The position numbers and the translations under genes are program-made. A stretch of DNA of 64,000 nt from an uncultured delta proteobacterium (GTDB lineage: Bacteria; Myxococcota_A; Polyangia; Fen-1088). Where the stretch lies: assembly GCA_963737265.1 (NCBI GenBank), contig CAVTRY010000018.1, positions 192,001-256,000 on the forward strand. Reading direction: 5' to 3'. Position 1 is the first letter of the stretch; each line of letters begins with the position of its first letter. The notes under the pieces were generated by a model. The model was not told the DNA's origin and ran no database searches. It was given only the letters and a program-made list of their open reading frames with translations. Positions 1-10,638 of the stretch are shown here, piece after piece.

Positions 1-642
1 AAGAGCTCGCGGCGATTTACGGGCGGGCTCGGCATGGGCCTGGGCGGCAATGCGACGCTGCGGGATCGCCCAGGGGCAGAGCTGATGTCGCTGGAAGGGT
101 TCGATGCCTCTGGAGATCGTCAGGGCCTGTCCTTGGATATCGCCAAGACGGCGCACACAGCCTACGCGGTCGAGCTTTGTGACAGGCTGTGCCCACCACG
201 ACAGCCGGACAAGGCAGTCTTTGCCTGGCTCGACGAGTTCCTAGCACGGCTGGCGGTGGGAACGGCGACCGCGGATCGTTTGCGCGTCTTTGAGTTGGGA
301 CTGCTCCGCCAGCTTGGCATCGGCCCGTCGCTGGATAGGTGCACGGTCTGTGGCCGCGAAGACCTGGCAGATGAAGACGTTCGCTGGTACCCGGCGCGTG
401 GGGGCGTGGTTTGCCTGCGGTGTGGCCGAAGCGGTGACCCGATGGGCGGCAGCACGCGTCAGGCTCTGGGACGGCTGGGGAATGCCAGCATGTCCGACGC
501 CGACAGCATCCAGCTTGACCGCGAAGTCAGCTCTGGCTGTCGCAGAGCAATGCTCGCCCTACTGCGTGAACATGTTCACGGACCGCTGCGCTCACTCGAC
601 TTTATCGAGAAGATGGGGAGTGGCATGTCGGGTTCCCGTTGA
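1..642 (+). CDS. recO: DNA repair protein RecO, 5' end outside window
   Basis: Frame is open from base 1 ([11 protein letters not shown]). Contains [22 protein letters not shown] and GGVVCLRC zinc motifs, and lies directly upstream of glycyl-tRNA ligase. Confidence 0.9.
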   Translation, partial: KSSRRFTGGLGMGLGGNATLRDRPGAELMSLEGFDASGDRQGLSLDIAKTAHTAYAVELCDRLCPPRQPDKAVFAWLDEFLARLAVGTATADRLRVFELGLLRQLGIGPSLDRCTVCGREDLADEDVRWYPARGGVVCLRCGRSGDPMGGSTRQALGRLGNASMSDADSIQLDREVSSGCRRAMLALLREHVHGPLRSLDFIEKMGSGMSGSR

Positions 643-677
643 CTGCCGACGCCATCTCGCTAGATTGCCGCCTCACC

Positions 678-2309
678 ATGCCAGCGTCTTCACTCGACAC
701 GATCGTTAGCCTTTGCAAACGCCGCGGGTTCGTTTTCCCGTCCTCGTCGGTGTACGGCGGGCTCGGCAGCACCTGGGACTACGGCCCGCTCGGGGTCGAG
801 CTCAAGAACAACGTGAAGCGCGCGTGGTGGCGCTCGGTCGTGCATGAGCGGGACGACATGGAAGGCCTGGATGCGGCCATCCTGATGAACCGCTTGGTGT
901 GGAAGTACTCGGGCCACGAAGCGACCTTTTCGGATCCGATGACGGATTGTCGGGCCTGCAAGACGCGGCCGCGCGCCGATCACCTATTTGCCGCGCAAAA
1001 AGGCCACGATCCGAAGGGTCTTGCAGAGATCAACGCCGCCATCGAGGTCAAGGAGATTGCTTGTCCCAAGTGTGGCTCGAAAGATCTCACGCCTGCCCGG
1101 CCATTCAACCTCATGTTCAAGACCAGCGTCGGGCCGGTTGATTCTGGCGACGATTCGGGATTGGTCTACCTGCGGCCCGAAACCGCCCAGGGTATCTTCG
1201 TGAATTTCGGTAACGTGCTCGATACCATGCGGCGGAAGCTGCCGTTTGGAATCGCCCAGATTGGCAAGGCGTTCCGCAACGAAATCACGCCGGGAAATTT
1301 CACTTTCCGTACGCGCGAATTCGAACAAATGGAAATCGAGTATTTCGTGCGTCCCGGCGAGGACGAGGCGGCGCACGAGATGTGGATCGCCGAGCGCAGG
1401 AATTGGTACCTCAAGCTCGGGATGCGCCCCGAAAATCTGCGCATGCGCGAGCAGGAGAAGCACGAGCTGGCACACTATGCGAAGCGCTGCGTGGATCTCG
1501 AGTATCTTTTCCCCATGGGCTGGAGCGAGCTTGAGGGCATCGCCAATCGCACCGACTTCGATCTGAAGTCGCATAGTCGCTCGCCCGAGAATCCCGACGC
1601 CGTCGGCGAGCTGAAATACTTCGATCAGGAGCAGAAGAAACACCTCGTCCCGTACGTTATCGAGCCATCGGCGGGCGCGGACAGAGCGACCTTGGCCTTC
1701 TTGTGTGATGCCTATGAGGACGCGCTGGTCAAGGAGCCGCCGGCGGAGGAAGTCGCCAAGCTGCGAGACTTGGTCGAAAGTTTCGCGCGTTCGGTCGGCC
1801 GGCGCGAGGGCATCGCCGCCGACGTCAAACAGCGTCTGGTCGCGACTGCCGAGGCGATCGCCACGGGCTTGCCGGCCACGCTGCCGCGGCTTATCGGGTT
1901 GATGGAAGATTCCGAAGCGGCGACCATCGAAGTCATGAAGAAGGTGCGTGGGGTAGGGGAGAAGATCGCCGAAGAGCACACGCGCACCGTGCTGCATCTC
2001 CACCCGCGGCTTGCTCCGCTCACCGTCGCGGTCTTTCCCTTGAAGCGCAACGATCCACGCCTGGTCGAGATGGCGCGCGGGCTCAAGCGCGATCTGCAGC
2101 GCGCCGGCCTGCGCACGGTCTACGACGACACCGGCGCCATCGGAAAGCTTTACCGGCGGCAGGACGAAATCGGAACTCCATGGTGCATTACCGTGGATTT
2201 CCAGAGTCTCGAGGACCAAACCGTCACGGTGCGCGACCGGGACAGCATGCAGCAGGAGCGCACGAAGGCCGCCGACCTGGCTTCTGCGCTGGCGGCGCGA
2301 CTGATCTGA
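678..2309 (+). CDS. glyQS: Glycine--tRNA ligase (alpha2 type)
   Basis: [72 protein letters not shown] 678 chosen over TTG 639. Confidence 0.97.
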   Translation: MPASSLDTIVSLCKRRGFVFPSSSVYGGLGSTWDYGPLGVELKNNVKRAWWRSVVHERDDMEGLDAAILMNRLVWKYSGHEATFSDPMTDCRACKTRPRADHLFAAQKGHDPKGLAEINAAIEVKEIACPKCGSKDLTPARPFNLMFKTSVGPVDSGDDSGLVYLRPETAQGIFVNFGNVLDTMRRKLPFGIAQIGKAFRNEITPGNFTFRTREFEQMEIEYFVRPGEDEAAHEMWIAERRNWYLKLGMRPENLRMREQEKHELAHYAKRCVDLEYLFPMGWSELEGIANRTDFDLKSHSRSPENPDAVGELKYFDQEQKKHLVPYVIEPSAGADRATLAFLCDAYEDALVKEPPAEEVAKLRDLVESFARSVGRREGIAADVKQRLVATAEAIATGLPATLPRLIGLMEDSEAATIEVMKKVRGVGEKIAEEHTRTVLHLHPRLAPLTVAVFPLKRNDPRLVEMARGLKRDLQRAGLRTVYDDTGAIGKLYRRQDEIGTPWCITVDFQSLEDQTVTVRDRDSMQQERTKAADLASALAARLI

Positions 2310-2392
2310 CCTTTCGCCACGTGAGTTTTGCACATCAATTGAGCGTCGACAGGCTTTCAATCGTCGGCGCTCCCTGATAGAAACCCCCACCG

Positions 2393-5212
2393 ATGCCAAC
2401 CAAGAGGAAGACTGGAAGCAATGCCATGAAACCGACCAAAGCGCGTGCCTCGAAGGTAGTTAAGGCCAAAGCCAAGCCGCAATCAGCCGGAAAACGCGTG
2501 AAACGCGTGTATTTTTTCGGCGGCGGCAAGGCCGAGGGAAACAAGGAAATGAAGAACCTGCTCGGCGGCAAGGGTGCCAACCTCGCCGAGATGACCAACA
2601 TCGGCGTGCCGGTGCCTCCTGGGTTCACCATCACCACCGAGGTTTGCACCGAGTTCAACCAGGCCGGCGGCAAGCTGCCGAAGGATCTCGATGCAGAAGT
2701 CAAGACTGCCGTCGCCAAGATGGAGAAGCTGCTTGGCAAGACGTTCGGCGACCCGGCGAACCCTCTGCTGGTTTCCGTCCGTTCTGGCGCGCGGGCGTCC
2801 ATGCCGGGCATGATGGACACGATTTTGAACCTCGGCCTCAACGACGAGACCGCCGCTGGTTTGGCCGCCGCCTCTCAGAACGAGCGCTTCGCCTACGATT
2901 CGTACCGCCGCTTCGTCGCGATGTACGGCGACGTCGTGCTGGAAATGAAGCCCGAGCGCAAGGAGGATCATGACCCGTTCGAGGTCATTCTCACCGCCAA
3001 GAAGAAGGCCCTCGGCGTGAAGGTCGACTCGGAATTGCCGGCCTCGGCGCTCAAAGAACTCGTGGGCGAGTTCAAAGCCGCCATCAAGCAGCACAAGGGC
3101 GTGGACTTCCCAATCAACCCGCTCGACCAGCTCGCCGGCGCCATCAAGGCCGTGTTCCGCAGCTGGGAAAACGACCGCGCGAAGGTCTACCGCAAGCTGA
3201 ACAACATTCCCTCGGACTGGGGAACCGCAGTCAACGTGCAGGCCATGGTCTTCGGCAACAAGGGCGAAGATTCGGCCACGGGCGTGTGCTTCACGCGCAA
3301 CCCGTCCACGGGCGAAAACCTCTTCTACGGCGAGTTCTTGGTCAACGCCCAGGGCGAAGACGTGGTCGCCGGCATTCGTACGCCGCAGAAGATCGCCGAC
3401 CTCGAAAAGGATTTCCCGGTTGCCTACAAGCAGCTGTACGAAATCCGCAAGAAGCTCGAGAAGCACTACAAGGACATGCAGGACATCGAGTTCACCGTCG
3501 AGAACAAGAAGCTGTTCATGCTTCAGTGCCGCAACGGCAAGCGCACCGGCTTCGCCGGCGTGCGCATCGCGGTCGAGATGGTGAATGAGAAGCTCATCGG
3601 CAAGGACGAGGCGCTCCGCCGCGTCGAGCCTGAAGCGCTCAATCAACTGCTGCGACCCGTGTTCGGCACCGCGGCCAAGGCAGCCTCGATCAAAGAGGGC
3701 CGCCTGCTGGCCAAGGGCTTACCGGCCGGTCCCGGCGCCGCGACTGGACAGATCGTGTTCTTCGCCGACGACGCCGAGACCTGGGCTGCGCAGGGTAAGA
3801 CCGTCATCCTGTGCCGTCACGAGACCTCGCCCGAGGACATCCGTGGCATGAACGCGTCGCTCGGGTTCATCACCGCGTTTGGCGGCATGACCTCGCACGC
3901 CGCGCTCGTCGCCCGTCAGATGGGCAAGGTGTGCATCGTCGGTTGCGATGTCATCTCGTTCAACTACCACGCCCGCACCATGACCGTGAACACGGCCAAG
4001 GGCGCGGTCACGCTCAAGGAAGGCGACTGGGTGTCGCTCGACGGATTCACCGGCGAGTTCATCAACGGCCGCATCGACACCACGCCGTCGGAGGTCATCC
4101 GGGTGCTCATCGAGAAGAACCTGGATCCCAAGAACGCGCCGGTGTACCAGCAGTACGCCAAGCTGATGACCTGGGCGGACGCTGTACGCAAGCTGCGCGT
4201 GCGCGCCAACGCCGATCAGCCCGATCAGGCTGAAGCTGCCGTGTCGTTCGGCGCCGAGGGCATCGGCCTTTGCCGTACCGAGCACATGTTCTTCGGTGAA
4301 GGCAAGATCGGCCCCATGCGCGAGATGATCGTCGCCGAAAACGAGACCGAGCGTCGCGCCGCCTTGGCCAAGCTGTTGCCACTGCAACGTGAGGACTTCG
4401 CCGGAATCTTCCGCGCGATGGGTAGCCGTCCCGTGACCATCCGGACCCTGGATCCTCCGCTACACGAGTTCTTGCCACACGATGAGGCGGGTCAGCGCGA
4501 GCTGGCGGACGCCACGGGCAAGACCTACGAAGTGATCAAGCAGCGCATCGCGGATCTGCACGAGTCGAACCCGATGCTCGGCCACCGCGGTTGCCGTCTC
4601 GGCGTGACCTACCCGGAAATCACCGAGATGCAGGCGCGCGCCATCTTCGAGGCCGCGGTCATCGTGAACAAGGAAGGAATCAAGACCGAGCCCGAGGTCA
4701 TGATTCCGTTCATTGGCACCAAGAAGGAACTCGATCTGCAGACCGCGGTGGTCAGAGCCGCCGCTGCTGCCGTCATCGCGGAGACCAAGACCAAGTTCAA
4801 GTATCTGGTCGGCACGATGATCGAAATCCCGCGTGCCGCCATTACGGCGGACAAGATCGCCGAGACCGCGGAGTTCTTCTCCTTCGGTACCAACGACCTG
4901 ACCCAGACCACCTTCGGTTTGAGCCGCGACGACGTACCCAAGGTGCTCGCCTCGTACCTCGACAAAGAGGTTTACACGGTCGATCCCTTCGTCTCCATCG
5001 ACCGCGAAGGCGTCGGTTACCTCATGAAGCACGCCGTAGCGGCTGGCCGCAGCGTTCGCAAGGATCTGAAGTGCGGCATCTGCGGTGAGCACGGTGGCGA
5101 CCCATCTTCGGTCGATTTCTGTCACTCGATCGGACTCAACTACGTATCGTGCTCGCCTTACCGACTGCCCATCGCACGTTTGGCGGCGGCCCAGGCCGTG
5201 TTGAAGAAGTAG
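2393..5212 (+). CDS. ppdK: Pyruvate, phosphate dikinase
   Basis: LLGGKGANLAEM, SVRSGARASMPGMMDT, GGMTSHAALVAR (phospho-His), FSFGTNDLTQ, GICGEHGGDP. Start could be ATG 2426. Confidence 0.97.
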   Translation: MPTKRKTGSNAMKPTKARASKVVKAKAKPQSAGKRVKRVYFFGGGKAEGNKEMKNLLGGKGANLAEMTNIGVPVPPGFTITTEVCTEFNQAGGKLPKDLDAEVKTAVAKMEKLLGKTFGDPANPLLVSVRSGARASMPGMMDTILNLGLNDETAAGLAAASQNERFAYDSYRRFVAMYGDVVLEMKPERKEDHDPFEVILTAKKKALGVKVDSELPASALKELVGEFKAAIKQHKGVDFPINPLDQLAGAIKAVFRSWENDRAKVYRKLNNIPSDWGTAVNVQAMVFGNKGEDSATGVCFTRNPSTGENLFYGEFLVNAQGEDVVAGIRTPQKIADLEKDFPVAYKQLYEIRKKLEKHYKDMQDIEFTVENKKLFMLQCRNGKRTGFAGVRIAVEMVNEKLIGKDEALRRVEPEALNQLLRPVFGTAAKAASIKEGRLLAKGLPAGPGAATGQIVFFADDAETWAAQGKTVILCRHETSPEDIRGMNASLGFITAFGGMTSHAALVARQMGKVCIVGCDVISFNYHARTMTVNTAKGAVTLKEGDWVSLDGFTGEFINGRIDTTPSEVIRVLIEKNLDPKNAPVYQQYAKLMTWADAVRKLRVRANADQPDQAEAAVSFGAEGIGLCRTEHMFFGEGKIGPMREMIVAENETERRAALAKLLPLQREDFAGIFRAMGSRPVTIRTLDPPLHEFLPHDEAGQRELADATGKTYEVIKQRIADLHESNPMLGHRGCRLGVTYPEITEMQARAIFEAAVIVNKEGIKTEPEVMIPFIGTKKELDLQTAVVRAAAAAVIAETKTKFKYLVGTMIEIPRAAITADKIAETAEFFSFGTNDLTQTTFGLSRDDVPKVLASYLDKEVYTVDPFVSIDREGVGYLMKHAVAAGRSVRKDLKCGICGEHGGDPSSVDFCHSIGLNYVSCSPYRLPIARLAAAQAVLKK

Positions 5213-5276
5213 TGCCCGGCAGCTCACCACAGGGCGCGCGAAGCCAGCGGAAGCAAGCATTGCAAAGGGAGTCCTC

Positions 5277-6896
5277 ATGACGAGATCTCCCGCCGTGTTT
5301 TCTTCCGCGGCACTTCTACTCTCCGTGGTGAGCGTTCCTGTCGCTGGATGCAGCTTTGGCGAGAACGGGATCGATCCGCCCATCAATCGCATCTTCCTGC
5401 CCGCGGGAATCGTCGCGGATCCGGTCTATCCCTTTCTCTACGTCGTCAACTCGAACTCCGATTTGCGATTCAACGCTGGGACCGTCGTGGCGGTCGATTT
5501 AGCAAGAGCGGCGAAGACGTTGACCGACGCCAGGGCGAGTCACGACACGAATCCGGCGATACCGACGTGCTCAAAGACCCGCTTTTCTCGAACCGAGCCG
5601 GTGGCCGACGACTACTGCTGTCGCGACCTGGTCGACAGCAACATCCTCAATTGCAACGAGCCGCAATTCGTCCGATCCGAGGCGACCGTCAGCATCGGAA
5701 GTTTCGGCGGCGCGGTCGAATTGCAGCAAGCCCCCCGCCCAGACGACACGACGATACGACGGCTGTTCATGGCGGTCCGCGCCGAGCCTTCGATTACCTA
5801 TGCTGATGTCAAGATAGTGGCCAATTTCAGCGGAAGCGATGACGGCGGAGCGAGTGCTGACGGCGGCGCGACCTCTTACGCGGTGTCGATGCGTTGTACG
5901 GGCGCTCGCGGAGATACTTCGGCCCAACCGGCGAACGCGTACTGCGATGACAACTGGCGCATTCGCCGGCCAGGTGGCGCCACACCAGGCGAGTTGGTGC
6001 TGCCTGAGGAGCCGCATGTATTGTGGCTGGATCCTGCCTTGCCAGGAATTCTCTATGTTGGACACCTCACGGTAACCGCGAATGCACAAATTCAAGGTGG
6101 TGGGGTCTCGACCTTGGATATCTGCGATCCAACGAGTCCAAACTGGGTGCGTTTTGCGGGACTTGCTCAGACCGCTTTCCTTCCCGTGACCGCGTCGCAA
6201 GCTGTTGCGGCGCTGTCCAAGGGCGATCCTGCCCCTCCAAACCTGTTCGTGACGGATCCGCTCGTGTATGCGACCGCCCGCTATTCCGCCCAAGTCACCG
6301 GGATGGTTCTGCGTACCCCGGTGTCACCATCCCAATTGACGTGCCCCCATCCCACCACGGCTCCTCTCGATCTTACTCTCGTGCCGGGCGAAAATTTCCT
6401 CTCGCCCGCATTTTTGCCTAACGGCTCCGACGTCCGCGGAATTCTCTTTTTTACCGATCCCACCGGTCATCCCGAAGCCTTTGTGCTTCACCGCAACGAC
6501 TCGGATACCATCGCCAATCCGCCCGCACTCGTGGTTTTGGACAGGCAAGCGCTTCCCGACGGCACACCGGCGAATTCCGTCATGGGTATTCTCGATGTCT
6601 GCAACGGTCCCACGGCCATGCAGATGCACAACGCGGGCCTGACTGATCGCATCTACGTAACTTGCTACGACGACGGAGAAATCTATGTGATCGATCCCGT
6701 CGCACTCGTCGTCACCGCGATCATCGACGTCGGGACAGGTCCCACGAGCCTGGTGTTCTCGCCTCTCGACCCCGGAATCGCCTATGTCGCGAGCTTTGCC
6801 AATAGCCATCTTTCGGTGATCGATATCGCGCCGGGCAGCCCCACGGAAAACCACGTGGTACAGCGAGTCGGATTGCCACACGGGTATGGTGAATGA
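5277..6896 (+). CDS. Cys-rich lipoprotein with YVTN/YncE-like beta-propeller blades
   Basis: Signal peptide with lipobox VAGC. Blade-like motifs LYVVNSNS, IYVTCYDDGEIYVIDP, IIDVGTGP, AYVASFANSHLSVID. GGGAG precedes the ATG. Confidence 0.75.
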   Translation: MTRSPAVFSSAALLLSVVSVPVAGCSFGENGIDPPINRIFLPAGIVADPVYPFLYVVNSNSDLRFNAGTVVAVDLARAAKTLTDARASHDTNPAIPTCSKTRFSRTEPVADDYCCRDLVDSNILNCNEPQFVRSEATVSIGSFGGAVELQQAPRPDDTTIRRLFMAVRAEPSITYADVKIVANFSGSDDGGASADGGATSYAVSMRCTGARGDTSAQPANAYCDDNWRIRRPGGATPGELVLPEEPHVLWLDPALPGILYVGHLTVTANAQIQGGGVSTLDICDPTSPNWVRFAGLAQTAFLPVTASQAVAALSKGDPAPPNLFVTDPLVYATARYSAQVTGMVLRTPVSPSQLTCPHPTTAPLDLTLVPGENFLSPAFLPNGSDVRGILFFTDPTGHPEAFVLHRNDSDTIANPPALVVLDRQALPDGTPANSVMGILDVCNGPTAMQMHNAGLTDRIYVTCYDDGEIYVIDPVALVVTAIIDVGTGPTSLVFSPLDPGIAYVASFANSHLSVIDIAPGSPTENHVVQRVGLPHGYGE

Positions 6897-9800
6897 GACG
6901 TCTTAGACTTGTATTGCTGTCCGCCTTCCTGGTTGCGAGTTGTTCAGCAGCCCCTCCGGTTATTCCGACCAGGAACCTGCAAGATCCGATCGACATGACC
7001 TTCGTTTGTCTATCGGTTCCAACCGGAAGCCAGACGCTTTCGGGCCAGTCCATGGACGCTTGCCACGCGCGCACCTTGCCCGACCCGTTGGTGTCTCTCG
7101 GCGGCCCCAGAAATCTTGGCACGTTTGGTTTTGTCGCCAACTCCAGCCTGAATGAATTGGCCGTGGCGGACATGGACCGCGGGCTCATGGTCGACCTGTC
7201 TCCCGAAACCGCCGGCTATGGAATGCTCCCGGTCGGGGGAAATCCTGAAGCCCTCGCTGCGAGCCATGACGGCTGCTGGGTTGTCACCGCGAATAGGTCA
7301 AGCTGCGACTTCACCCTGGTGGATCCATCTCGCTTGCTCGTCAGTACTTTCTCAACCTCGACTGCCCAGGTGTCGTCCGCGACTGGTCCAGGAGACGTCG
7401 CTCACCGTCTAGTCGTCCAAACCGGATCGGGCAGGGCGCTTCACACGTCGACCGGCGAAATCGCGTTTCTTCCATCCCCGTCGCCACTGTCTCCTCCATC
7501 CGCAAAGACAGGGACGTGCCAGGATAACCCCATGCCTCGGGCGGTCGCAACCTTTCCAAGCTGCGACTTGGTGGCGCTGCTCGACTTCTCGTTCGAAAAT
7601 GGGACAGCGACCATTGTAAGCTCGTACTACGTTCGGGGTGGTTTCCAGGCAGCAGGAACGGAACCGGTGTGCCCAAGCGATTGCGCCCCGGCCGCGACGA
7701 GTGCCGATAGCGGTGTCGCCCCCGACGGTGGGGGCGCCGGGACGGCTGCGCTCGACGGCGGGACGGCGCCCCTCGACAGTGGGACGGCTCCACTCGACAG
7801 TGGCACGGCTGCGCAGGCTTCGCCGACGTTGTACTTGCAGCCGCTGGCACTGGTACCGGATGGCACGCGTGTCTACGTAGCGAGCATGATGGACACGGCG
7901 GTGACGTCCCTCGACATCAGCGATGCCGGGCTCGCCAATCCATTGCGCCTTGAGCTGGCCGAGAATCCCGGGGGCGTCACTCGTCTGCGTTTGGCGGTCG
8001 ATTCGTATGCCGCGCAGTTCGTTGTCGGTCCGGACGGCAGCAACGTCCCGGTGCAGGGACAGTTTCTTAACAATCGAGGGAAGTTCCTTTATGCCTTCAC
8101 GCGCGACGACTCGGTTCGCGTCGTGGAAGTGGAGGACAACGCGCCACCGCAGGAATGCGACGTCAACATCATTCTCCAGCGTAACGAACAAGACCCGACC
8201 ACGTCCCAGCTTGCTCCCAATTGTTTTCCCGTCGGATCGGCGCCGAGACGACCGCTGGCACAGGGGCCGGGGATTCGGATTCCGACGTTTTCCAACCCGG
8301 ACAGTCCACCGCCCGCACCCCGCGATCTGGCATTCGCGGATCTCGAACCAATTGCGACCGACGCCAACGTGCATTCACTCAGCGGCCAGTACGGATTCCT
8401 GCTCGGCTCCAACGGCCTTGTCTACGCAATCAACCTGGCTCCGGGCAATGGGGTTAATTCAGTTCCCAACAACGAAAACCCGATCTCTCAACCCGATCTC
8501 GCCTGCACGGGTTGTTCCTCGACTTTCAAATCCTCCGCGTCATCTTCGTGCAATAATACTTGTGAGCCTCCAACCTGTCCGTCGACGGTGACGGCAACAA
8601 ACTCTTTCCGCGATCTTCGGACGGTCGACTGCAACATCGAGACCCCCATTGCGATCAGTATTGCCCCGCAGCGTACGGCGGTCCTTTCCAACCAATCTTT
8701 CGCGACCACAGCGAGTTTCTCGGCACTCGATGGCCCGCTGATCAAGTCGTTTTCCTACGGCAGCGACGTGACGCCCAATTGGCTGGACTTCCCAGATCTC
8801 AATACGATCGTTTCTCGTTCGTGGGACGTCACTTGGGAAGGCGTGTTGCCTGGGACTGATCGTCGGAGCGGGATAGTTCAAGGCGCGCCCACGACGGCCT
8901 CGGCAGGAGTGGTGACCGACGCGGGCGGCGAGTTCTGCACCAAGGGCGTTCAGGCCGGTGACATCGTGATGTTCCCTGGCTGCACCCAGAACTCGGATTG
9001 CCAGCCGGACGATCAATTCTCGTGTCAAGCGACGGTGTCAGGCGCCAACAGCATGTGTCTGCCGATTGACGGATCGGCTAGCGCCGCGCTCGTCAATGAT
9101 CCCAAATGCTCGCGATTGATGGGAAGTCGCATGCGCTACGAAGTCACAAGCTCTTCCTCGACCTCGCTGGTTCTTGGCCTAAAGCTCGACGAGGTTCCCA
9201 AGACCAAGCTCAACCCTTGCACGCAAGATTCCGACTGTCGACCTGATGTCGAGCACGGCCAGATTCAGGGAGCAAGAAACGACGGCGGCGTAGGCAACGG
9301 ATTCGAATGCCTGTCTCTCAACCCGCAGGATACTCTCAATCCTGATCTCCGTTGTGTCGAGCGCTGCTCGGACGACAGTCAGTGCCGACCCGGCCACGTA
9401 TGCGGCCAAGTTCCCGGCGCATATCCCTCCTTGTGCGTCGAAGCGCCACCCATCGATCCGACATGTTTTCCCCAGCCCATGACCCGTTACCAAGTGCAAG
9501 CCGGCAAGAGCTACATGGTCTACGGGTCTTCCATGCCGAGCCTGCACACCGGCAGGGTTCTCAACCCGGGGACAGCTGCGGAAACTTGCGCGGTGGACAC
9601 CAGTGGCGACGTGTCTCTGGTGAACAGAATCCCGCTTTCTGCCCCGGAGTGCCCCAAAGACAACAACTTTCTGGCCCAAGCTTCGGTCGGTTCCACCACA
9701 TTCGTCCAGCAGCTGACGGCTCTGCCTGGTAGCAATCCCTGCCTTTACTCGGGTCCGTATCACGACGGCGACGCGACTGAATCCCCCGACGCTGGAGTCA

Positions 9801-10201
9801 ATGACAGCAGCCACATTCGCGCCTTCTTCCAAAATCCGCAGATCCGTTTCGTTCTCGCCAATCTTGATGAATACGCCGGCGACCTGCTCTCGATCCATTT
9901 CGAGCTGCAGTACGGCTTTATTCCATTGACGGTGCAAATCCCAAGCTACGAGGTCCTGGTCACGCTGGGAACGCGGATTCTTACCGGGCCAACCAAGACG
10001 CCCGAGAGTCCAATTCGGCTGCAGAATCCGCCGACCAGCTTCGTTTCCTATCCCTACCTCTACGTCGTCGATCAAGGACGCTCGGCGCTCACTCCCGCCA
10101 GCCGGGGCCAGGTCTTGCGCATCAACCCACGCGCTGGCAGCAACGAAATTGCCACCTTCGACACGACCATTTCAGGAAGCACTCCCTTTCAACTCCAGTA
10201 G
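6893..10201 (+). CDS. Large Cys-rich lipoprotein (propeller-like N-terminus, disulfide-rich modules)
   Basis: Lipobox VASC, ATGA overlap with the upstream gene, CTQNSDC/CTQDSDC/CSDDSQC modules, 1102 aa uninterrupted. Confidence 0.75.
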   Translation: MRRLRLVLLSAFLVASCSAAPPVIPTRNLQDPIDMTFVCLSVPTGSQTLSGQSMDACHARTLPDPLVSLGGPRNLGTFGFVANSSLNELAVADMDRGLMVDLSPETAGYGMLPVGGNPEALAASHDGCWVVTANRSSCDFTLVDPSRLLVSTFSTSTAQVSSATGPGDVAHRLVVQTGSGRALHTSTGEIAFLPSPSPLSPPSAKTGTCQDNPMPRAVATFPSCDLVALLDFSFENGTATIVSSYYVRGGFQAAGTEPVCPSDCAPAATSADSGVAPDGGGAGTAALDGGTAPLDSGTAPLDSGTAAQASPTLYLQPLALVPDGTRVYVASMMDTAVTSLDISDAGLANPLRLELAENPGGVTRLRLAVDSYAAQFVVGPDGSNVPVQGQFLNNRGKFLYAFTRDDSVRVVEVEDNAPPQECDVNIILQRNEQDPTTSQLAPNCFPVGSAPRRPLAQGPGIRIPTFSNPDSPPPAPRDLAFADLEPIATDANVHSLSGQYGFLLGSNGLVYAINLAPGNGVNSVPNNENPISQPDLACTGCSSTFKSSASSSCNNTCEPPTCPSTVTATNSFRDLRTVDCNIETPIAISIAPQRTAVLSNQSFATTASFSALDGPLIKSFSYGSDVTPNWLDFPDLNTIVSRSWDVTWEGVLPGTDRRSGIVQGAPTTASAGVVTDAGGEFCTKGVQAGDIVMFPGCTQNSDCQPDDQFSCQATVSGANSMCLPIDGSASAALVNDPKCSRLMGSRMRYEVTSSSSTSLVLGLKLDEVPKTKLNPCTQDSDCRPDVEHGQIQGARNDGGVGNGFECLSLNPQDTLNPDLRCVERCSDDSQCRPGHVCGQVPGAYPSLCVEAPPIDPTCFPQPMTRYQVQAGKSYMVYGSSMPSLHTGRVLNPGTAAETCAVDTSGDVSLVNRIPLSAPECPKDNNFLAQASVGSTTFVQQLTALPGSNPCLYSGPYHDGDATESPDAGVNDSSHIRAFFQNPQIRFVLANLDEYAGDLLSIHFELQYGFIPLTVQIPSYEVLVTLGTRILTGPTKTPESPIRLQNPPTSFVSYPYLYVVDQGRSALTPASRGQVLRINPRAGSNEIATFDTTISGSTPFQLQ
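7739..7813 (+). repeat. In-frame 21-bp tandem repeat, about 3.5 copies (GTAPLDS-type linker)
   Basis: gggacggctgcgctcgacggc / gggacggcgcccctcgacagt / gggacggctccactcgacagt / ggcacggctgcg. Confidence 0.85.
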
Positions 10202-10240
10202 CTCGGTTTCCAAGGCGGAAACCTCGGAAACCCGACGAAG

Positions 10241-10270
10241 TTGACAAGCAGTGGGGTATTCACCTACATT
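10241..10270 (+). promoter_or_regulatory. Sigma70-type promoter, near-leaderless start
   Basis: TTGACA (10241-46), 18 nt, TACATT (10265-70). ATG at 10279 with no SD sequence. Confidence 0.65.
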
Positions 10271-10278
10271 GTAGACAA

Positions 10279-10599
10279 ATGAGCGACAGCGTCCGCATGG
10301 TTGTCCAAGAGATCCTCTGCCGAGCGGTCGGGGAGGCTCAGGCGGATGGATTGCTGGCTCAAGTTCCCCTCCAGATCCCTCAGAAGGTGCACGGCGACCG
10401 CATCCTGCCGCAGCAACGCCAGCGCGTGGGCGACTGGCATGCGACGCGGGACTGGCGCAAAGCTGCGGCTTGCCTCGCTTGGACCGCTGCCATTCGCCAA
10501 GTTCTGGAAGTAGCGTTGTCTTTGCTCGGCGTTTCGGCCCCACAAGAGATGAAGCGCGCGGACGCGGCCGAAGATCGTGCCGCGCTGGACGAACCCTAG
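10279..10599 (+). CDS. Mini ArgS-like protein (C-terminal DALR anticodon-binding helix, no catalytic core)
   Basis: AACLAWTAAIRQVLEVALSLLGVSAPQEM matches the ArgS C-terminus. It occupies the usual argS position upstream of the SPOR gene. No HIGH motif. Confidence 0.7.
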   Translation: MSDSVRMVVQEILCRAVGEAQADGLLAQVPLQIPQKVHGDRILPQQRQRVGDWHATRDWRKAAACLAWTAAIRQVLEVALSLLGVSAPQEMKRADAAEDRAALDEP

Positions 10600-10638
10600 T
10601 TTCTCAATTCATTGACCGATTTCGCCGAGGAGCAAGCC

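Noticed and set aside
984-2399. Long antisense ORFs (984..2399, 2483..3646, 59128..60702, 45013..46545 and others)
   Set aside because: Shadow ORFs of high-GC codon-biased genes, with no motifs of their own.
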